Positions 58,031 through 64,000 of a stretch of 64,000 bases of DNA are shown one piece after another. The translations under genes and the position numbers were made by a program. The DNA lies in IMG/VR virus record IMGVR_UViG_3300035181_002344; one strand, written 5' to 3'. The notes under the pieces were generated by a model. That model saw only the letters and a list, made by a program, of their open reading frames with translations. It was not told the origin of the DNA and searched no databases. Source of the stretch: a virus. Positions within the stretch are counted from its first letter, which is position 1. Every line of letters begins with the position of its first letter.

Positions 58031-58031
58031 A

Positions 58032-59246
58032 ATGGCATTTTTTTCTAAAGATCCAAATACAATATTGCAGCAGTCTCTCGATTTTATGCGCGCAAATACT
58101 GCTCTTACATCAGTTGGCCCTGGTTCTAAATATCGTGCTTTATTAGAGATTATGAAGCAAGAGCTTGGTGAAGCTTATAGTACATTCGATATCAATCAGG
58201 CAATTGGATTTATTTATGGAGCTTCCGATAAATATCTTGATTATATTGGTGATATGTTTGGTATGCAAAGGTTTTCGGCTACAAGAGTTGAAATATCTGC
58301 TGCTTCTAAAATAATCAAATTTTATGTTCCGAGCGGTTATACATTTGGTGGAATAAATTCCGGAAATGATATCACCATACCCGCTGGAACCACAATATAT
58401 GGCTATAAAAATGATACGACAATTGAATATTATGTATCTGAAGATACAGTTCTACCAAAAGATAAAAATGAAATATACGTTGCTGCTAAAAGTGCTGGTA
58501 GTGGTGCTTCTTTTAATATTCCTTCTGGGATATTAATATATCATAAATTCACCGATTATACAGAAACAGCAAAAGGGTTGCTTCTTGTTACAAACATATC
58601 ATCAATAGAAAGCGGTCTCGATGCTGAATCTGATGATAATTTTAGATATAGAATTATTAATCATTATTTATCATCTCAAAATGCAAATGAAGTTGCCTTA
58701 CGTATGGCGGCTTTAGAAGTTCCTGGCGTTGCTGATGTTCGTTATTTTAATAATAGCCAAGGCTTGGGTACCGCAACTATCGTTATTAAATCAATAGTTT
58801 TACCAATGCCTAGTGATTTGCCAGATAAAGTATTAGCTAATGTCGAAAAAAAAGCATCTGCAGGTATAAAGGTAATAATTGAAAAACCTGTGGAAATATA
58901 TTTTTCCTTTGATATTAAAATTACATATACACGACCACTTTCTATTGACGAAAGAGTTTCTTTACAATCTGGATTAAATGCTTATATTGGAGATTATATT
59001 AACAATTTAGACGTTGGTGAATCTTTTAGCATTAATACATTGGCAAACGATATTATTTCATATTCTCCGTTAATAAAAACAATTGGTTCACCGGGAAGAT
59101 TTTTTGATCGCATTTATTTATACAAAGAATTACTACCGGATAAACCAAAAATAAAACGCGATATTACAAATGGATATGTAACTGGGTTAAATGAAAAGCC
59201 TGTTTTAGCAAATGTCGGCGATATAATAGCCGTTAATTATTTATAA
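58032..59246 (+). CDS. baseplate J-like protein
   Basis: YLDYIG, ITIPAGT, GLDAESDDNFRYRI, ALEVPGVADV. Confidence 0.88.
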   Translation: MAFFSKDPNTILQQSLDFMRANTALTSVGPGSKYRALLEIMKQELGEAYSTFDINQAIGFIYGASDKYLDYIGDMFGMQRFSATRVEISAASKIIKFYVPSGYTFGGINSGNDITIPAGTTIYGYKNDTTIEYYVSEDTVLPKDKNEIYVAAKSAGSGASFNIPSGILIYHKFTDYTETAKGLLLVTNISSIESGLDAESDDNFRYRIINHYLSSQNANEVALRMAALEVPGVADVRYFNNSQGLGTATIVIKSIVLPMPSDLPDKVLANVEKKASAGIKVIIEKPVEIYFSFDIKITYTRPLSIDERVSLQSGLNAYIGDYINNLDVGESFSINTLANDIISYSPLIKTIGSPGRFFDRIYLYKELLPDKPKIKRDITNGYVTGLNEKPVLANVGDIIAVNYL

Positions 59247-59257
59247 GGATTACAATT

Positions 59258-61711
59258 ATGCCTATTGGACATGCTCCATATGGAACTTTCCCGCTTGGTG
59301 GTGCCGTTCCTGTTGAAACAAGGAATCTTATTTTAATAAATCCAGCCGCTCAATATTTACATTATTATACACCATTAACACAAAAAGCGGCAAATTATCT
59401 CCCCCAATATCAATACGGACGTCAATACAAATATTCTGTATATCAGCAGATCTTAAATGCGATTATGATACATTTTGACCAATTAAGATTAGCTCTTAAT
59501 CGTCAAGAATATAATAGATTTCCACAGACATTTTTACGCGATACCATCGATGTAATATATACTCAACCAAAATTAGCTGAATCCACTTTTGTTACTGGTT
59601 TAAAAAATGATAACTGGAGTGTATTAAAAAAAATCGATTTAGACAATCCAGAACAGTGGTGGTATGAAGATGTGCCAACAGAATTATTAGAATATGAACG
59701 TAAATTTGATTCCGTTGCTTTATTAAATAATGTTCCTTTATCTACAGAGATATTAATTAATCAGCGATTAATTAATCCAAGTGGCTTATATATTATATTA
59801 AGATCTGAGAATGGCAATTTTATTAATAATATCAAAGGCGAAGATATATTAGGAACCGATATCATTATTTATGGCGAAGATGAGTATGGCATAAATCGCA
59901 ATGAAAAATTTACCTTTTACTATCCATCTTATCAGCGTAGTAAAACAAATTGGAAGAAAATATTTAGAGTTGAATGCAGCTATTTTGATTCGTCGAATGC
60001 TTTTAGTTTATTTATTGGCAATTATATTCCGTCAGATTATACAATAAGAGAAGACTTTTTATATACACTACATACACCAGATAGAGAGATTAAGAGTGTT
60101 TTTTGGGATATCAGTGAAGACAGAAAAAAGCTTCAGCTTAAAACTCTTGTTGCCGACAATATTTTAACCTATCATGCAGGAATCAAAGATTTTAATATAG
60201 TCAAGGAATTTGTCATTGTAGATATTGATGGTGCTCCAGTAGAAGATCTGCAGTCAATTTTGCCAAGCGATTTTGATGATAAATTATATGTTATCAATAA
60301 AGACAAAATATTTATTTTGTCTAAGCTCGATGAATATCCTAATGTTGTTGCTAAAGCAACTGAAATAAGAACGCCGGATCCAGCATTAAATTTAGATGTA
60401 CGTGTTGAAACTGGTTATGTTATTATTCGCGGAATAAAAAGCGTTGCGAATACTGGAAAAGATATTACTGGTGCTATTTTATATGTTGAAAATTCCCAAG
60501 GTCGATTTTATTATGATAATGGCTCATGGTCAACAAATAACCCTGGGTTTACAGACATACCTCTTGAACAAGAGATTTCATTTGGTAATGGCACTCCATT
60601 TGGCGAACACTTTTATATAGCGCTACTTACAAATACAAATGCTGGTATTGATACTGATACTTTTATTGTTGAAGGCCAAGTTAAAAAACCTTTATTCATT
60701 ACAAACACTTCGTCTTTTATTCCTGGCTCTCATATGATATATAAATATGATGACAGTTTTGCTTTTGCTAATGACGAAGGGCATGTTGATTTATCGTTTG
60801 TTTTTGATAGTTATATTGTGGATAGCAAACGCAATTTAATGATATTTAGAGAAAAATATTTTCATATACAATATATTAACACTGATGGAACTGTTGCTGC
60901 TTCTGGTGGAGAGCCAGTTCCGCAAAATGTTTTTAATGAGCTTGACCAATATGGTGCTTTGCTTGGATTAGAAAGACGTCCAGGTGAAAAAAGTTATCAA
61001 TTTCTCAAACGCATTAAAGATGTATTTTATTATCCGTCCTCTTCGACATACAAAGGGCTGGTATATTCTTTGTCAAGAGATTTGATATTACCTGTATCTG
61101 AAGTTATTGATTTAACTTTATCTGACGATATAATTATTAATATAAAATATCCATATATTACAGTTAAATCTGGAGCATTACAATCTCAGTTTAATTTATT
61201 TAATAATTCGGGAAATAATGGAACCATATCTGATGTTATTGAATGGTTAAATACAATAACTGGCGTACATGCAGAGTCGGTTAATGATACATATGTTAAT
61301 TCCCTACCTGCCAGAGCTCTAATTGAATCGACTAATTTTGAGAGAATTTATAATTATATAGCTGGACAATCGACATCCATTTCTCCCAATATTGGAGATG
61401 CTAAGATTGTTGAATCATCGATATCTATTGATGGTTTCGAGAAAGTACAATATGCTGATTTAGCATCATTAAAAACTCCTGCGTATAGTTTTATACCACC
61501 AAATAATATTTTATTAAATAGACCATTAATTAATGATGGTATTCATTTTGACATTATCAAAAATAAGTTTTCTTTATATGCTTCTCCGGTAATAATATAT
61601 ATGCCGCATAATCTTGATAATGATTTTATTGACAATAATAAATTATCGGCATTAGCTAAAGATTTACTTACAGAAACTGAAAATATTTATCCTTATAGAT
61701 GGAGATATTGA
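59258..61711 (+). CDS. baseplate/tail structural protein
   Basis: LDQYGALLGLERRPGE...FLKRI wedge-like motif. Confidence 0.6.
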   Translation: MPIGHAPYGTFPLGGAVPVETRNLILINPAAQYLHYYTPLTQKAANYLPQYQYGRQYKYSVYQQILNAIMIHFDQLRLALNRQEYNRFPQTFLRDTIDVIYTQPKLAESTFVTGLKNDNWSVLKKIDLDNPEQWWYEDVPTELLEYERKFDSVALLNNVPLSTEILINQRLINPSGLYIILRSENGNFINNIKGEDILGTDIIIYGEDEYGINRNEKFTFYYPSYQRSKTNWKKIFRVECSYFDSSNAFSLFIGNYIPSDYTIREDFLYTLHTPDREIKSVFWDISEDRKKLQLKTLVADNILTYHAGIKDFNIVKEFVIVDIDGAPVEDLQSILPSDFDDKLYVINKDKIFILSKLDEYPNVVAKATEIRTPDPALNLDVRVETGYVIIRGIKSVANTGKDITGAILYVENSQGRFYYDNGSWSTNNPGFTDIPLEQEISFGNGTPFGEHFYIALLTNTNAGIDTDTFIVEGQVKKPLFITNTSSFIPGSHMIYKYDDSFAFANDEGHVDLSFVFDSYIVDSKRNLMIFREKYFHIQYINTDGTVAASGGEPVPQNVFNELDQYGALLGLERRPGEKSYQFLKRIKDVFYYPSSSTYKGLVYSLSRDLILPVSEVIDLTLSDDIIINIKYPYITVKSGALQSQFNLFNNSGNNGTISDVIEWLNTITGVHAESVNDTYVNSLPARALIESTNFERIYNYIAGQSTSISPNIGDAKIVESSISIDGFEKVQYADLASLKTPAYSFIPPNNILLNRPLINDGIHFDIIKNKFSLYASPVIIYMPHNLDNDFIDNNKLSALAKDLLTETENIYPYRWRY

Positions 61712-62565
61712 TGAATGCTTATCAAGATGAACGTTCTTCTGCATTAAATACAATACCTTTAAATGCTCATTTTACATTTGGGCAACAATATTTTATTGAG
61801 CCATCTGATTATAGCAAGGTAGTATTGCCATCTGTATATTCAGAAGAAGATACACCAACTATATTTATTAGAAATGGCATTGTTGATTATGAAGCCCTAA
61901 AAATTCATAAAACTGGCATTATTGTCAATAATGATACTTTCGTTCCATCAATTATAATGTCTGGTGGTAGATATATTGTTCAGGGCGATACTCATTTATT
62001 GTTGCCGGATGAAGGTATAAGCTTAATAGTATCTTCAGATTCTTTCGAACTGCCATATAAGCCATCATTCAAGATTAAACCAATATTAACAGCATATAAA
62101 AGGACCAATATAAATAAAATTGTTAAGCATTGGGATTATCGTCCGCAATCTGATTTGTCAGATCCGACAAAAAACGAATGGAAATTTAATATTTCAAATG
62201 GAATATATATCGTTAATATTTCTAATAACCCTGTTGATTTAGAAACATATTATTCTGTTTTGCCTACAAGAACAGCGACAATTAATAACATTTCATATAA
62301 AATGTATTTTCTGCCCAATTTTCCATGTATTGATATTAAATTAGATCAAAATTACGATGAAATAATCGATGAATTAAGGGGTATTATATATATTCCAGAA
62401 TCCCATAATACCAATGATTTGTTCATTGTTGGGCGTCCGACAGCTATGTTTGGCTATATTCCGTATTATGCTAAAGATCCTTATGTTACAATTCCATACA
62501 GAAATGATAAATATAGCGATAATTATTTTGTTGTTTTGACAGAAAACGCTAATAATCTTGATTAA
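61699..62565 (+). CDS. hypothetical structural protein
   Basis: ORF track; baseplate module. Confidence 0.55.
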   Translation: MEILMNAYQDERSSALNTIPLNAHFTFGQQYFIEPSDYSKVVLPSVYSEEDTPTIFIRNGIVDYEALKIHKTGIIVNNDTFVPSIIMSGGRYIVQGDTHLLLPDEGISLIVSSDSFELPYKPSFKIKPILTAYKRTNINKIVKHWDYRPQSDLSDPTKNEWKFNISNGIYIVNISNNPVDLETYYSVLPTRTATINNISYKMYFLPNFPCIDIKLDQNYDEIIDELRGIIYIPESHNTNDLFIVGRPTAMFGYIPYYAKDPYVTIPYRNDKYSDNYFVVLTENANNLD

Positions 62566-62617
62566 AATCGATTTTCATCTTTTTAGCATTGATTAAACAC
62601 ATCCATTATACGTAATT
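62566..62617 (+). promoter_or_regulatory. candidate phage promoter
   Basis: AATCGATTTT-N13-TTGATT-N18-TAATT, intergenic. Confidence 0.6.
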
Positions 62618-62623
62618 AACGAC

Positions 62624-63205
62624 ATGTATTCAGAGAATTTTATATCGACAACATTAAAAGAATTTGCAGATAATTCTAGCATTATTCGTGATGCTATACC
62701 TGCATCTTATGATCCGTTTTTGCAAACAGAAAAAATGCAAAAAGCTAAAACGCATTGCTCTAATGTTCTAAACATGTTATTTTCTTTGCCTTCTGGTGTT
62801 TTGCCAAAAAGTAAACCTAGAAATAATGTAGAGCTCATTTCTCAGTCCAATGTTAATATATTTGACAATATGCGTACAGCTGCAATAGCCTGTCGAAAAA
62901 AAGTGGAAGCCGAAGATGTTGTTCTCGGCATTGTCTTAAATGAAAAATTTATAGATTTGCGACAAAATGCAGGCGTGTTTCAGTCGTATATTGAATCTAG
63001 ACGCATAGCAAATCCAGAACAAGCGACATATGCGCCAATTTCTTATTGGCGTGGTACTCCTACCGCCTTGGGAACAACAATCGTAATCGAATTGCCAGAA
63101 CGTGTTTTAAGCATGTTAGAAAAAGTGGACATACAAAATATGATATCTAAATATGTTGCCGCTGGTATATATCCTGCACTAAGAATTTATAAAGAAAAAA
63201 ATTAG
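62624..63205 (+). CDS. hypothetical baseplate-associated protein
   Basis: ORF track; C-terminal IVIELP...KYVAAGIYP. Confidence 0.55.
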   Translation: MYSENFISTTLKEFADNSSIIRDAIPASYDPFLQTEKMQKAKTHCSNVLNMLFSLPSGVLPKSKPRNNVELISQSNVNIFDNMRTAAIACRKKVEAEDVVLGIVLNEKFIDLRQNAGVFQSYIESRRIANPEQATYAPISYWRGTPTALGTTIVIELPERVLSMLEKVDIQNMISKYVAAGIYPALRIYKEKN

Positions 63206-63212
63206 GTAATTA

Positions 63213-64000
63213 ATGGACCAATTAAAGAATTTTGTTAAAGTAGCTGTTTCTGGATTCTACGGTGCATCCGATACTATTATTGATCTTAAAACTGGCGAAG
63301 GTGCTAAACTTCCAGATCCAGCAAATGGCGGATACAATCTTGTATGGTATAATGCTTCTGACTTTGGAGATCCTTCAGATGATCCATTTGTAGAAGTTGT
63401 TCGCATTGTTAGTAAAACTAATGATCGAATTACAATTATTCGCAGTCAAGAAGGTACTACTGCAAGTCCTAAAAATAAAGTTGGCAAACAATTTAAGATG
63501 ATTCTTGCTGCTACCGTTAAAGTATTGCACGATATACAAAACGATACTAATGCTACACTTGCCGCAATGGAAGAAAATCTTAATAATACACTTTCTACAA
63601 TGGAGAAAAATATTAATGATCGCCTTGATAGTATGAATGGGAAAACATTAATATTATCTACTCCAACCGATAATACTTTCCAAGATGGATTATTACCATT
63701 TACCAGCAATACTAATATTACCGATGCCGTTGATGAAGTTAATGAAATTCTTTCGGAATTAGCTCCATCAAGACCAGATATTATCGGCGAATTAAATACT
63801 GGTAATCTTTCCTCTGTAGAAGGAAGATTATCTGGCAACCTTACCTCCGATTGGTATCAAAATAATAAAAATGCCGGAGACATCGTTCCATTAATAACCG
63901 GATTTCCATTTTTTATCTATGCAAGTCAACCTGATCGTGGTTTTGGCCCTGGTGATCAAGGCGTTGTCTCTGTTTTAATCAAGAATGGCAATAACGATTT
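63213..64000 (+). CDS. tail fibre/receptor-binding protein N-terminus (partial)
   Basis: hand translation MDQLKNFVK...VEVVRIVSKTNDRITIIRSQEGTTA; frame appears open to the window end. Confidence 0.6.
   Translation, partial: MDQLKNFVKVAVSGFYGASDTIIDLKTGEGAKLPDPANGGYNLVWYNASDFGDPSDDPFVEVVRIVSKTNDRITIIRSQEGTTASPKNKVGKQFKMILAATVKVLHDIQNDTNATLAAMEENLNNTLSTMEKNINDRLDSMNGKTLILSTPTDNTFQDGLLPFTSNTNITDAVDEVNEILSELAPSRPDIIGELNTGNLSSVEGRLSGNLTSDWYQNNKNAGDIVPLITGFPFFIYASQPDRGFGPGDQGVVSVLIKNGNND

Noticed and set aside
13533-63838. Short minus-strand ORFs in the right arm (e.g. 13533..13796, 28839..29111, 63446..63838)
   Set aside because: They are antisense shadows of long plus-strand genes with no recognisable motifs.

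Overview
This window is part of a large, AT-rich tailed-phage genome with contractile-tail (myovirus) morphogenesis genes, and it has two divergent halves. The left arm (1 to about 12.7 kb, minus strand) looks like an early or host-takeover region. It holds many small orphan ORFs, a Csx3/Crn3-like ring nuclease (candidate anti-type III CRISPR), an 874-aa YonO/RdRP-like two-barrel RNA polymerase and a MoxR AAA+/vWA pair. It is also unusually dense in structured non-coding elements: four near-identical 47-48 nt tRNA mimics with acceptor stem, D-like arm and T arm but no anticodon arm; a fifth, CCA-ended anticodon-less tRNA mimic; three or four copies of a ~110-nt covarying pseudoknotted 5' leader; and other multi-hairpin RNAs. 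A helically phased repeat array (12.72-13.0 kb) sits at the strand switch and may be a genome end, pac site or origin. The right arm (13.2-64 kb, plus strand) is a late module. It encodes lysozyme, a dual-nuclease protein, HNH, large terminase, portal, protease/scaffold, major capsid, sheath, three tube paralogues, chaperones, large virion proteins, an M23-containing hub, baseplate and the start of a tail fibre. One large virion protein (1564 aa) carries a beta'-like RxP...ADYDRDQ motif and is a candidate second, virion-packaged RNA polymerase. A motif AATCGATTTT-N13-TTGAT(T/A)-N18-TAATT recurs as a candidate phage promoter. The best candidate for an undescribed system is the early transcript punctuated by anticodon-less tRNA mimics coupled to pseudoknot leaders, in a phage that appears to carry two RNA polymerases. 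All calls come from manual motif reading; no searches were run.
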